From an uncultured Candidatus Rokubacteria bacterium (GTDB lineage: Bacteria > Methylomirabilota > Methylomirabilia > Rokubacteriales > DASRDR01), in NCBI GenBank assembly GCA_963826115.1, contig CAWGVS010000012.1, forward strand, positions 736,001 through 800,000: a stretch of 64,000 nt of DNA. The letters run 5' to 3'. The stretch's first letter is position 1, and every line of letters starts with the position of its first letter. Below are positions 17,821 through 27,661 of the stretch, in pieces. Under the pieces are notes generated by a model, which was given only the letters and a program-made list of their open reading frames with translations, made no database searches and was not told the origin of the DNA. The translations under genes were made by a program, and so were the position numbers.

Positions 17821-18971
17821 TGCACGTCGTCCTGGACGCCCGCTACATCGCGCGGCGCCAGTCGGGCGTCGGGTCGTACGCCCAGCGGCTCATCACCGGG
17901 CTCGCCACGATCGACCACGAGAACCGGTACACGTGCCTCGTGGCGGCCGACGGGCCGGGGCTGCCGGTCCGGCAGGCGAACGTCGCGGCGTCGCCGACGC
18001 GCGTGTCGTTCGAGGACCACCTCCGGGGCGACCTCTGGCTCCTCGGGTACCTCCCGTTCCGGCTGCGGGCCCTCGGGACCGACGTCTACCACGGCCCCGC
18101 GGTGTTCCTCCCGCACGTGAAGCTCGGCTTCCGCACCGTCGTGACCATCCACGACCTCGTGTCCTTCCTGTTCCCCGAGACCGTTCCACGCAAGTACAGC
18201 CTCTACATGCGTCTGATGACCCGCCTGGCCGCGCGGTCGGCGGACCGGATCATCGCGGTGTCCCAGGCGACGAAGGCCGATCTCGTCCAGACCCTCCGGG
18301 TGCCGCCGGCGAAGATCGTGGTCATCCACGAGGCGGTCGGCCCCGAGTTCGCGCGGGCCCAGACGCCCGAGGCCATCGAGGCGGTCGTCCGCCGCTACGG
18401 GCTCCGCCATCCGTACTGCCTGTTCGTCGGGAACCTCGAGCCGCGCAAGAACCTGCCGGGGCTGATCGAGGCGTTCGCCACGGTGCGGCGGCGGCTCAGC
18501 GCGACGGGGCCGGAGCCGCAGCTGGTCCTGGTCGGCACGCGGGCCTGGCTCCACGGCGGCATCTTCCGCGCCGTCGAGACGCACGGCCTCGCCGCCGCCG
18601 TCGCGTTCACCGACTACGTGCCGCTCGCCGACCTGCCGGCGCTCTACGCGGGCGCGACGTGTTTCGTCTTCCCGTCCCTCTACGAGGGCTTCGGGCTGCC
18701 GGTGCTCGAGGCGATGGCGGCGGGCGCCCCCGTGGTCGCGGCGCGCGCGGGATCGATCCCCGAGGTCGCGGGGGACGCGGCCCTCCTCGTCGACGCGCGC
18801 GCCCCCGGCGAGCTCGCGGGCGCGATCGAGGCGGTGCTCACCGACCCGGCGCTCCGGGACCGGCTGGTCGCGCGCGGGCGCGCGCGGGCGGCCACGTTCG
18901 AGTGGAACACGGTGGCCCGCCAGACGCTCGCCGTCTACGACGCCGTGTACGCGCGGGAGGGCGCGCGATGA
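17820..18971 (+). CDS. GT4 glycosyltransferase
   Basis: SGVGSY, TIHDL, EPRKN, SLYEGFGLPVLEAM. Confidence 0.95.
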   Translation: MHVVLDARYIARRQSGVGSYAQRLITGLATIDHENRYTCLVAADGPGLPVRQANVAASPTRVSFEDHLRGDLWLLGYLPFRLRALGTDVYHGPAVFLPHVKLGFRTVVTIHDLVSFLFPETVPRKYSLYMRLMTRLAARSADRIIAVSQATKADLVQTLRVPPAKIVVIHEAVGPEFARAQTPEAIEAVVRRYGLRHPYCLFVGNLEPRKNLPGLIEAFATVRRRLSATGPEPQLVLVGTRAWLHGGIFRAVETHGLAAAVAFTDYVPLADLPALYAGATCFVFPSLYEGFGLPVLEAMAAGAPVVAARAGSIPEVAGDAALLVDARAPGELAGAIEAVLTDPALRDRLVARGRARAATFEWNTVARQTLAVYDAVYAREGAR

Positions 18972-20086
18972 AGGTCGCGCTCGACGCTCGGAAGATCGAC
19001 GATTTCGGCATCGGGACGTACATCCAGGGGCTGCTCGACGCGCTGCCGGCGGTCGGCCAGCCCGAGGCCCTCGTCGCGTACCTCCCGCCGGACCGCCCGC
19101 CGCCGCCCGCGGCCCGGGCCGGCTGGGGGGCGCGGGCCGCGTGGCAGCCAGTGGGCGCCCGCGCGTACTCCGTCCGCGAGCTCTGGCAGCTCGCGCTCGC
19201 CGCGCGCCGGGACCGCGTCGACCTCTACCACGCGCCGCACTACGTCTGCCCCCCGTGGCTTCCGTGCCCGGCGGTCGTGACGGTGCACGACCTGATCCAC
19301 CTGCGCTTCCCGGTGCGCCACCGGCATCCGCTCGCCCCCCTCTACGCGCGCGTGATGCTGCGGCTGACGGTCCGCCGCGCGCGCCGGCTCGTCACCGTCT
19401 CGGAGTCGACGCGCCGGGACCTCGTCGAGCGGCTCGGCGCGCGGCCCGAGCGGATCCGCGTGATCCCGAACGGCGTCGGCGCGCCCTTCGGGCCGGCGCC
19501 GGCCGACGGCGCCGCGACGGGGGCGCCGACGCTCGGCGAGCTCGGGGTGACGCGCCCCTACTTCCTCTTCGCGGGCAATCCCCTGCCCCACAAGAACCTG
19601 CCCCGGCTGCTCGAGGCGTTCGCGGGGCTCCCGCCGATGCTGGGGGGGCTCGTCCTCGTCGGGATCCCGCCCGCCGCGCGCGCCCACGTCGAGCGTCTCT
19701 GCGCGGCCCCCGGCCTCGGCGGCCGGGTGCGGATCCTGGCGCCCGTGCCGGCGCCCGCCCTGGCGCGCCTCTACCAGAGCGCCACCGTCGTGGTGGTCCC
19801 GTCGCTCTGGGAAGGGTTCGGCTTGGCCGCTCTCGAGGCGATGGCCTGCGGCGCGCCCGTGATCGCGGGGAACCGCGGCGGGCTGCCCGAAGTCGTGGGG
19901 GACGCGGGCTGTTTGGTCGACCCCACCGACGTTGACGCGCTGCGTGAGGCTATGTATACTCTGGCCGGCCGAGAACCTCTCCGCGCCGCGCTCCGAGCTC
20001 GTGGACTGGCCCGCGCGCGCGCATTCTCGTGGCGGCATGTCGCCGAGGCCACGGTCGCCGTCTACCGCGAGGCGCTGGAGGCCTGA
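18968..20086 (+). CDS. GT4 glycosyltransferase
   Basis: FGIGTY, TVHDLIHL, PHKN, SLWEGFGLAALEAMACG. Confidence 0.95.
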   Translation: MKVALDARKIDDFGIGTYIQGLLDALPAVGQPEALVAYLPPDRPPPPAARAGWGARAAWQPVGARAYSVRELWQLALAARRDRVDLYHAPHYVCPPWLPCPAVVTVHDLIHLRFPVRHRHPLAPLYARVMLRLTVRRARRLVTVSESTRRDLVERLGARPERIRVIPNGVGAPFGPAPADGAATGAPTLGELGVTRPYFLFAGNPLPHKNLPRLLEAFAGLPPMLGGLVLVGIPPAARAHVERLCAAPGLGGRVRILAPVPAPALARLYQSATVVVVPSLWEGFGLAALEAMACGAPVIAGNRGGLPEVVGDAGCLVDPTDVDALREAMYTLAGREPLRAALRARGLARARAFSWRHVAEATVAVYREALEA

Positions 20087-20102
20087 GGAACGTGGGTGAC
20101 TG

Positions 20103-21215
20103 ATGCGGGTCGCGCTGGTCCATGACTGGCTGACCGGCATGCGGGGGGGCGAGCGAGTTCTGGAGCGCCTCCTCGACCTCTTCCCCGCGGCAGACATCTT
20201 CACGCTCGTCCACGTGCGCGGGAGCGTCACGCCCGCCATCGAGGCGCGCCCCATCCGAACGTCCTTCGTTCAGCGCCTGCCCGGGGCACCCTGGCGGTTT
20301 CGCCAGTACCTGCCCCTGTTTCCGCTCGCCGTCCGGCGGTTCGACCTCCGCGGCTACGACCTCGTGCTGGCGACCAGCCACTGCGTCGCGGTCGGCGCGC
20401 GGCCGCCGGCCGGCGCGGCGCACGTGGTCTACTGCTTCACGCCAATGCGCTACGCGTGGACGTTCGAGGGCGCCTACGTCGGCCGCGTGCCGCCGCTCGC
20501 GCGGGGCGCGCTCCGCGCCGCGCTCGCGGGGCTCCGGCGGTGGGACCGCGCGGCGGGCCAGCGGGCCGGGCACATCGGGTGCATCTCCCGCCACGTGGCC
20601 GCGCGCATCCGGCGGGTGTGGGGCCGCGAGGCGCGGGTCGTCTACCCGCCGGTGCGGACCGACTTCTTCCGGCCGCTCGACGCCGGCCCGCCCGGCGACG
20701 CATATCTCTGCGTCTCCGCGCTCACGCCCTACAAGCGGATCGACGTGGCGGTCGACGCGTGCACGCGGCTCGGCCGGCGGCTCGACGTCATCGGCACGGG
20801 CCCGGAGCTCCCGCGGCTCCGCCGGCGCGCGGGGCCGACGGTGCGCTTCCTCGGCTGGCAGCCCGACGCGGCCGTGCGGGAGGCGGTCGCCCGCTGCCGC
20901 GCGTTCCTGTTCCCCGGCGAGGAGGAGTTCGGGATCGCGCCGCTCGAGGCGACGGCCGCCGGCCGGCCCGTCATTGCCTACGCGCGGGGCGCCTTGACCG
21001 AGACGGTCGTCGACGGCGTGACCGGGCTCTTCTTCCGCGAGCAGACCGCGGGCGCGCTGGAGGACGTCATCGAGCGCGCCGAGGTCACGGGCTGGAGCTC
21101 CGAGAAGATCCGGGCGCACGCGCTCCGCTTCGGCGAGGACGCCTTCCGGGCCGAGATGACCGCGTTCGTGGACGCGGCCCTCGGGGCGGGCCGGGAGGCG
21201 CGCGCCGCGTGCTGA
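20103..21215 (+). CDS. GT4 glycosyltransferase
   Basis: VHDWLTGMRGGERVL, YCFTPMRY, PYKRID, EEEFGIAPLEA. Confidence 0.95.
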   Translation: MRVALVHDWLTGMRGGERVLERLLDLFPAADIFTLVHVRGSVTPAIEARPIRTSFVQRLPGAPWRFRQYLPLFPLAVRRFDLRGYDLVLATSHCVAVGARPPAGAAHVVYCFTPMRYAWTFEGAYVGRVPPLARGALRAALAGLRRWDRAAGQRAGHIGCISRHVAARIRRVWGREARVVYPPVRTDFFRPLDAGPPGDAYLCVSALTPYKRIDVAVDACTRLGRRLDVIGTGPELPRLRRRAGPTVRFLGWQPDAAVREAVARCRAFLFPGEEEFGIAPLEATAAGRPVIAYARGALTETVVDGVTGLFFREQTAGALEDVIERAEVTGWSSEKIRAHALRFGEDAFRAEMTAFVDAALGAGREARAAC

Positions 21216-22609
21216 AGGAGCGGCGCCTCTGGCTGGTCATGGCCCTCGCCGCCGGCGACGCGCTCGCCGGCGCCGTCGCGCTGATCGCGGCCTACTTCGT
21301 CCGCTTCCGGGCCGACATGATCCCGGCGCCCCTCGGCATCCCGCCGATGGAGCCCTACGTCGCGCTCCTCACGCTTCTGCTCCCGCTCCACGCGCTCTCG
21401 CTCCGCGTGGTGGGCCTCTACGAGTACCGGCACGAGCGCACCAAGGCCGACGAGGCCTTCGTCGTGCTCCAGGGCGTCACGCTCGCGACGCTCCTCCTCG
21501 TGGCGGGGACGTTCTTCTTCCGGAACTTTTCCTACTCGCGCGGGTTCATCGTGGTGTTCTGGGCGTTCGACGTCGTCGCGGTCTTCGGCGCCCGCCTCGC
21601 CATCCGCGACGTGGTGCGGGCCATGCGGCGCCACGGGCGGTTCGTCCGCCGCGCCCTCGTGGTCGGCGCCGGGGACCTCGGCCAGGAGGTCGTGCGCCGG
21701 CTCCGCGGGCACCCGGAGTTCGGCGTGCGCGTGGTCGGCTACCTGGACGACCGAATCCCGGTGGGCGAGCGCATCGAGGGCAAGGAGGTCCTCGGCGGCT
21801 GCGAGGCGGTCACGCGCGTCCTCGCCGACTACCGCGTGGACCAGCTCTTCCTGGCGCTCCCGCTGGAGGCGCACCACGAGGTGCTGAAGGTCCTGAACGC
21901 GATCGAGGGCGAGCTGGTCGACGTCAAGATGGTGCCCGACGTCCTCCAGTTCGTGACGCTCCGCGCGGCGGTGGAGGAGCTCGAGGGCCTGCCGGTGATC
22001 AGCCTCGCGCAGTCCCCCATCACCGGCTGGGCGCGGGTCCTGAAGCGGGTCACCGACCTCGCGCTCGCGACTGTGGGCCTGATCGTGCTCGCCCCCGTGC
22101 TCGGGCTGATCGCGCTCCTGATCCGGCTCGGCTCACCGGGCGCCGTGCTCTACAAGCAGGAGCGCACGGGACTCGACGGGCGCTCGTTCGACATCCTGAA
22201 GTTCCGCACGATGCCCGAGGGCACCGAGGAGGACACCGGCCCGGTGTGGGCGCGCCGCGGCGACCGCCGGCCGACCCGCCTCGGCCGGACGCTCCGGCGC
22301 TTCTCGCTGGACGAGCTGCCCCAGCTCTGGAACGTGCTCACCGGCGACATGAGCCTCGTCGGCCCCCGGCCGGAGCGCCCGTTCTTCGTCCACCAGTTCA
22401 AGACGCGGATCCCGCAGTACATGCTGCGGCACAAGGTCAAGGCCGGGCTCACCGGCTGGGCGCAGGTGAACGGGCTCCGGGGGGACACCTCGCTCGAGAA
22501 GCGCATCGAGTACGACCTCTACTACATCCAGAACTGGTCCCTGGCGCTCGACGTCAAGATCATGATCCTGACGTTCTACCGGGCGTGGCAGCACCGCCAC
22601 CTCGGATAG
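21209..22609 (+). CDS. Undecaprenyl-phosphate sugar phosphotransferase (WcaJ-like)
   Basis: N-terminal TMs, KFRTM, SLDELPQLWNVLTGDMSLVGPRPERP, GLTGWAQV, DLYYIQNWS. Confidence 0.95.
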   Translation: MLKERRLWLVMALAAGDALAGAVALIAAYFVRFRADMIPAPLGIPPMEPYVALLTLLLPLHALSLRVVGLYEYRHERTKADEAFVVLQGVTLATLLLVAGTFFFRNFSYSRGFIVVFWAFDVVAVFGARLAIRDVVRAMRRHGRFVRRALVVGAGDLGQEVVRRLRGHPEFGVRVVGYLDDRIPVGERIEGKEVLGGCEAVTRVLADYRVDQLFLALPLEAHHEVLKVLNAIEGELVDVKMVPDVLQFVTLRAAVEELEGLPVISLAQSPITGWARVLKRVTDLALATVGLIVLAPVLGLIALLIRLGSPGAVLYKQERTGLDGRSFDILKFRTMPEGTEEDTGPVWARRGDRRPTRLGRTLRRFSLDELPQLWNVLTGDMSLVGPRPERPFFVHQFKTRIPQYMLRHKVKAGLTGWAQVNGLRGDTSLEKRIEYDLYYIQNWSLALDVKIMILTFYRAWQHRHLG

Positions 22610-22626
22610 GCGCGAGGCGAACCAGG

Positions 22627-23688
22627 ATGCGCGGGCTGATCCTTTCGGGCGGGCGCGGGACGCGGCTCCGGCCGATCACCTATACGTCGGCCAAGCAGCT
22701 GGTGCCGGTCGCGAACAAGCCCATCCTGTTCTTCGGGCTCGAGGCGCTCGCCGCGTCCGGTCTCACCGAGATCGGGATCGTCGTGGGCGACACCCACCAG
22801 GAGATCCGCGACGCCGTCGGCGACGGGAGCCGGTGGGGCGTGCGGGTGACCTACATCCCCCAGACCGCCCCGCTCGGGCTGGCCCACGCGGTCCTGACCG
22901 CCGAGCCCTTCCTGCGGGGCCAGCCCTTCGTGATGTACCTCGGCGACAACCTGATCCGCGAGCCGCTCGCGCCGCTCGTCGCGCGCTTCCGGGCCGAGCG
23001 GCCCGCCGCCCAGATCCTGCTCGCCAAGGTGCCGAACCCCCAGGACTTCGGCGTCGCGGTCCTCGAGGCCGGCCGGGTCGTCCGCCTCGTCGAGAAGCCG
23101 CCCACGCCCCCGTCGGACCTCGCCCTCGTCGGCGTCTACATGTTCGACGACCACGTCTTCGACGCGGCCCGGGCGATCCGGCCGTCGGCGCGTGGCGAGC
23201 TCGAGATCACCGACGCCATCCAGTACCTCATCGACAGCGGCCGCGCGGTGCACCCGCACGTCATCGAAGGCTGGTGGAAGGACACCGGGAAGCTCGAGGA
23301 CCTCCTCGAGGCGAACCGCATCGTGCTCGACGCGCTCGACCCGCGCGTCGACGGCACCGTGGAGGCGTCGGAGGTCAGCGGGCGGGTGGTGGTCGAGGCG
23401 GGGGCCCGCATCGTGCGGAGCGTGGTGCGCGGCCCCGCGATCATCGGCCGGGGCGCGGTGATCGAGGACGCCTACGTGGGGCCCTTCACGGCGGTGGGCG
23501 ACGGCGTGACCATCCGCGGCAGCGAGGTCGAGCACTCGATCATCCTCGAGGGCTCCTCGATCACGGACGTGGGGGCGCGCGTCGAGTCGAGCCTGCTCGG
23601 CCGGGGCGTCCGTGTGTATCGCGGGGACACGAAGCCCCGCGCCTACAACCTGATGCTCGGAGACCGGAGCCAGGTCGGGCTCGTGTAG
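22627..23688 (+). CDS. Glucose-1-phosphate thymidylyltransferase, long form
   Basis: GGRGTRLRPIT..AKQLVPV, PSARGELEITD, WKDTG, hexapeptide-repeat tail. Confidence 0.92.
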   Translation: MRGLILSGGRGTRLRPITYTSAKQLVPVANKPILFFGLEALAASGLTEIGIVVGDTHQEIRDAVGDGSRWGVRVTYIPQTAPLGLAHAVLTAEPFLRGQPFVMYLGDNLIREPLAPLVARFRAERPAAQILLAKVPNPQDFGVAVLEAGRVVRLVEKPPTPPSDLALVGVYMFDDHVFDAARAIRPSARGELEITDAIQYLIDSGRAVHPHVIEGWWKDTGKLEDLLEANRIVLDALDPRVDGTVEASEVSGRVVVEAGARIVRSVVRGPAIIGRGAVIEDAYVGPFTAVGDGVTIRGSEVEHSIILEGSSITDVGARVESSLLGRGVRVYRGDTKPRAYNLMLGDRSQVGLV

Positions 23689-23693
23689 GGCAC

Positions 23694-25073
23694 ATGACGG
23701 GCGCCGAGACGTACCGCGGCAAGGGCCTCCTCGTCGATCCGATCCACGGGTATCTCCTCTACACCCGGGCCGACGGGCTCGTCGCCGGCGAGGCCACCGA
23801 GCAGGACCTGATCGACGCGCCCTGGGTGCAGCGCCTCCGGCGGATCCCGCAGCTCCAGTCGGCGCGCTGGGTGTTCCCGACGGCCGAGCACAGCCGCTTC
23901 CCCCACGCGCTCGGCGCGATGCACGTCGCCGGGCGGTTCGCGCAGCAGCTCTGGCCGTCCCTCCGGGCCGTGTTCCCCGACGCCCCGTCGGCGCCGCTCG
24001 TGGAGGAGCTCCTCCGCGTGGCCGGGCTGCTCCACGACGTGGGCCACGGCCCGTTCGGGCACTTCTTCGACGACAACTTCCTGGCCGACATCGACCTCAC
24101 CCATGAGCTCGTCGGCCAGCGGATCATCCGGGAGGAGCTCGGGGACACGATCCGCGGGCTCCGGCGCAGCCCTCACGGCGTCTTCGCCGAGGGCGAGTCG
24201 ATCGAGCCGGAGTGGATCTGCTATCTCATGGGGAAGGGCTACACCCAGCCGGCTCCGGGGGACCCGCGGTGGCTCGCGTTCCTGAAGCCGATCCTGTCCG
24301 GCATCTACACGGCGGACAACCTCGACTACGTCCTCCGGGACGCCCACATGTGCGGCGTCGCGGTGGGGGCGGACCTCGACCGCATCATCTACTACAGCTT
24401 CTTCACGCCCGAGGGCCTGACGCTCGACCGGAGCGGGACCCAGGCCCTCATCATGTTCCTGACCGCCCGCTTCTACATGTACACGAACGTGTACTACCAC
24501 CGGACGACGCGCGCGATCGACCTCCACCTGAAGGAGATCTTCCGACCCACGATGCGGATCGTCTTCCCGTGGGACCTCCGGAAGGACCTCCAGCCCTACC
24601 TCCACCTCACGGAGTGGACGCTCCTCGAGGACGTGGGCCGCTGGCACGAGTCGGACGACGCGGAGCGCCGGGCCCTCGGCCGCGAGTGGCGACACGTCCT
24701 CGACCGGCGGATCCGGTGGCGCATGGTGCACGAGGAAGTCCTCGACGACGCCGAGATCCCGAGCTGGGCGGGCATGCGGCCGGAGTCCGTCGCCAGAGAG
24801 GTGCGGGCCGAGCTCCCGGCCGAGCTCCGGGACCTCGAGTTCCAGGTGGATCTCGCCTTCCAGGACCCGCGCCCGGAGAATCCGCTGGCGATGGGCGACC
24901 GGCAGATCTACGTCTACGACGGGGTCACGGGCCGCGTGTCGGCCGAGGCGCTCCAGGCCCTCTTCAAGTACCTCCCCGGCAAGGTCGCGCAGTGCCGGAT
25001 CTTCGCGCGGGACCACCGCCACGACGTCGCGCTCACCGAGGCGTTCCGGCGAGTGCTCCACCAGGGAGGCTGA
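23694..25073 (+). CDS. HD-domain phosphohydrolase (SAMHD1/dNTPase-like)
   Basis: DPIHG, QRLRRIPQL, HSRFPHALG, LLHDVGHGPFGH, DNLDYVLRD, VYYHRT. Confidence 0.9.
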   Translation: MTGAETYRGKGLLVDPIHGYLLYTRADGLVAGEATEQDLIDAPWVQRLRRIPQLQSARWVFPTAEHSRFPHALGAMHVAGRFAQQLWPSLRAVFPDAPSAPLVEELLRVAGLLHDVGHGPFGHFFDDNFLADIDLTHELVGQRIIREELGDTIRGLRRSPHGVFAEGESIEPEWICYLMGKGYTQPAPGDPRWLAFLKPILSGIYTADNLDYVLRDAHMCGVAVGADLDRIIYYSFFTPEGLTLDRSGTQALIMFLTARFYMYTNVYYHRTTRAIDLHLKEIFRPTMRIVFPWDLRKDLQPYLHLTEWTLLEDVGRWHESDDAERRALGREWRHVLDRRIRWRMVHEEVLDDAEIPSWAGMRPESVAREVRAELPAELRDLEFQVDLAFQDPRPENPLAMGDRQIYVYDGVTGRVSAEALQALFKYLPGKVAQCRIFARDHRHDVALTEAFRRVLHQGG

Positions 25074-25077
25074 TCCA

Positions 25078-25572
25078 GTGGACCTCCTCGAGATCAAGGG
25101 GCGGATCGCGGTGGCCCTGGTGGAGTCGATCTTCCGCCGGGCGGGGTTCACCCTCGCCCCGCCGGTGGCCGTCGAGACGTCGCCGCGCCTCGGGCGCGAG
25201 GACCTCATCCCCGACTTCCAGGCGACGCCGCCGGCCGGCGAGGACGGCGCCACGGCGGGCCCGTGCGTCGTCGAGGTGCGCTACCGGCCCCAGGTGGGCC
25301 AGTACATCCTGATCGAGGGCCAGCGTGGCCCGCACTCCCTGTTCGCGGTCGCCAAGCGGCACTGGCCGAGCCTCGTGTTCGTCTTCGTGACCGATCACCC
25401 CGAGGCGGGGCGCTCGTGCTTCCAGGTCGTCGACATCGCGCCGTGGGCGATGGGCGCCGCGGTCTCGGCGCAGGACCTCCATGCCCACGGCGAGCTCCGG
25501 ATCTTCCGGCAGAACGTCGAGGAGCACGAGGCCCTGCTGCGACGGATGTTCGCCCTGCTGACCGGCGGCTGA
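25078..25572 (+). CDS. Hypothetical protein, PD-(D/E)xK nuclease-like fold
   Basis: KGRIAVALVESIFRRAGF...IPDF...VVEVRYR pattern. Confidence 0.55.
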   Translation: MDLLEIKGRIAVALVESIFRRAGFTLAPPVAVETSPRLGREDLIPDFQATPPAGEDGATAGPCVVEVRYRPQVGQYILIEGQRGPHSLFAVAKRHWPSLVFVFVTDHPEAGRSCFQVVDIAPWAMGAAVSAQDLHAHGELRIFRQNVEEHEALLRRMFALLTGG

Positions 25573-25604
25573 GCCGGCGCCCGCCCGACCGGAGGAGAGA
25601 ACGG

Positions 25605-26774
25605 ATGGAGAAGTTCCGCGGCGTGGACTACTACGGCGTCGACGCCCTGCTCTCGGACGAGGAGCGGATGGTGCGCGACGCGGTTCGGGACTGGGTCGAG
25701 GCGGAGTTCCTGCCGCTCGTGACCGAGCACCACCGGGCCGGCACCTTCCCGATGGCGGTCGTCCCCCAGCTGGGCGAGCTCGGCATCTTCGGCGCGAGCC
25801 TCAAGGGGTACGGCTGCGCGGGCCTGTCGAACGTGGCCTACGGGCTCATCATGCAGGAGCTCGAGCGCGGCGACTCGGGCCTCCGGTCCTTCGCCTCGGT
25901 GCAGAGCGGGCTCGTCATGTATCCGATCCACCGCTTCGGCTCCGACGCGCAGAAGGACCGGTGGCTGCCGGCGCTCCAGCGCGGCGCCGCGATCGGGTGC
26001 TTCGGGCTCACCGAGCCCGACCACGGGTCCGACCCGGGCGGGATGAGCACCCGGGCCGTCCGGCAGGGCGACCACTACGTGCTGAACGGCACCAAGCTCT
26101 GGATCACGAACGGCTCGGTGGCCGACGTCGCGGTGGTGTGGGCCAAGGACGAGGCCGGCGAGATCGGCGGCTACCTGGTCGAGCGGGGGACGCCGGGCTT
26201 CGGGGCCCTCGACATCCACGGCAAGTTCTCGATGCGGGCCTCGATCACCTCGGAGCTCGCCTTCCAGGACTGCCGCATCCCGCTGGCGAACCGCCTGCCG
26301 GGCGCCAAGGGGCTGAAGGGCCCGCTGGCGTGCCTCTCCCAGGCCCGCTACGGGATCGCCTGGGGCGCCGTCGGGGCGGCCCAGGCCTGCTACGACTGGG
26401 CCCTCCAGTACGCGCAGACGCGCGTCCAGTTCGGGAAGCCCATCGCGGGCTTCCAGCTCGTCCAGCGGAAGCTCGTGTGGATGATCACGGAGATCACGAA
26501 GGCCCAGCTCCTGTGCCTCCAGCTCGGGCGCCTCAAGGACGGCCCGGGCGTCCGCCCCCAGCAGATCTCGATGGCCAAGATGAACAACGTGGCCATGGCC
26601 CTCGAGACGGCGCGGATGGCGCGCGACATCCTCGGCGCCGCCGGGATCGTCGACGAGCACCCGATCATCCGGCACCTCCTGAACCTCGAGACCGTGATCA
26701 CCTACGAGGGGACGAACGACATCCACACCCTGATCATCGGGCGCGACATCACCGGGCTGGACGCCTTCGCCTGA
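25605..26774 (+). CDS. gcdH: Glutaryl-CoA dehydrogenase-like acyl-CoA dehydrogenase
   Basis: ELERGDSGLRS, GCFGLTEPDHGSDP, SMRASITSEL, TYEGTNDIHTLI. Confidence 0.88.
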   Translation: MEKFRGVDYYGVDALLSDEERMVRDAVRDWVEAEFLPLVTEHHRAGTFPMAVVPQLGELGIFGASLKGYGCAGLSNVAYGLIMQELERGDSGLRSFASVQSGLVMYPIHRFGSDAQKDRWLPALQRGAAIGCFGLTEPDHGSDPGGMSTRAVRQGDHYVLNGTKLWITNGSVADVAVVWAKDEAGEIGGYLVERGTPGFGALDIHGKFSMRASITSELAFQDCRIPLANRLPGAKGLKGPLACLSQARYGIAWGAVGAAQACYDWALQYAQTRVQFGKPIAGFQLVQRKLVWMITEITKAQLLCLQLGRLKDGPGVRPQQISMAKMNNVAMALETARMARDILGAAGIVDEHPIIRHLLNLETVITYEGTNDIHTLIIGRDITGLDAFA

Positions 26775-26782
26775 CGGCGGGC

Positions 26783-27661
26783 ATGGGCGACGACGCGGCG
26801 TTCCGGGCGGGGGAGGCCATCCTTCTGATCGACCTCCGGCGCGGGAAGCGCCACCTGGTGACGCTCCGCGCCGGCCAGGCCTTCCACTCCGACCGCGGGT
26901 TCATTCCGCACGAGACGCTCGTCGGCGCGCCCGAGGGCGTGGTGGCGGTCACCACGCGCGGGGCCCGGTACCTGGCGCTCCGCCCGACCCTGGCCGAGTA
27001 CGTGCTCGAGATGCCGCGGGGCGCCCAGATCATCTACCCGAAGGACCTCGCGACGATCGCCCTCTTCGCGGACGCGGGCCCCGGCCAGACGATCGTCGAG
27101 GCCGGCATCGGCTCGGGGGCCCTCACGCTCGTCCTGCTCCGGCTCGTCGGCCCGACGGGCCGCGTGGTCGCCTACGAGGTGCGGGAGGAGTTCGCGCGGC
27201 GCGCCCAGCGCAACATCGAGGTGCGCGTCGGCGCCGGCGTGCCCCTGACGGTCCGTCTCCAGGACATCTACCAGGGGATCGAGGAGCGCGAGGTGGACCG
27301 CGTCCTCCTGGACCTGCCCGAGCCCTGGCGGATGGTGGAGCCCGCGGCCCAGGCCCTCCGCGCGGGCGGCATCTTCTGCGCGTACGTGCCCACGATCCCC
27401 CAGTCCCAGCGGGTCCACGAAGCCCTCGCCGCCCACCCGGCCTTCGCGCTGGCCGAGACGTTCGAGACGCTCCTCCGCCCGTGGAACATCGCCGGCCTGT
27501 CCGTCCGGCCGGCCCACCGCATGGTCGCGCACACCGGCTTTCTCACCCTGGCCCGCCGCGTCCAGCCGGCCGCCGGCGGCAGCCCGGGGTCCGCGCCGCC
27601 CGACGTGTCCCCCGAGGACGCCGAGCCGGCGGCCGACGACCCAGGCCCGGAGGTGGCGTGA
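26783..27661 (+). CDS. trmI: tRNA (adenine-58-N1)-methyltransferase
   Basis: MPRGAQIIYPKD, EAGIGSGALT, LDLPEPW, RPAHRMVAHTGFL. Confidence 0.93.
   Translation: MGDDAAFRAGEAILLIDLRRGKRHLVTLRAGQAFHSDRGFIPHETLVGAPEGVVAVTTRGARYLALRPTLAEYVLEMPRGAQIIYPKDLATIALFADAGPGQTIVEAGIGSGALTLVLLRLVGPTGRVVAYEVREEFARRAQRNIEVRVGAGVPLTVRLQDIYQGIEEREVDRVLLDLPEPWRMVEPAAQALRAGGIFCAYVPTIPQSQRVHEALAAHPAFALAETFETLLRPWNIAGLSVRPAHRMVAHTGFLTLARRVQPAAGGSPGSAPPDVSPEDAEPAADDPGPEVA

Noticed and set aside
15272-23688. Glycan cluster as a novel system
   Set aside because: Ordinary GT4/Wzx/priming transferase/RmlA set; the missing Wzy/Wzc may lie elsewhere.
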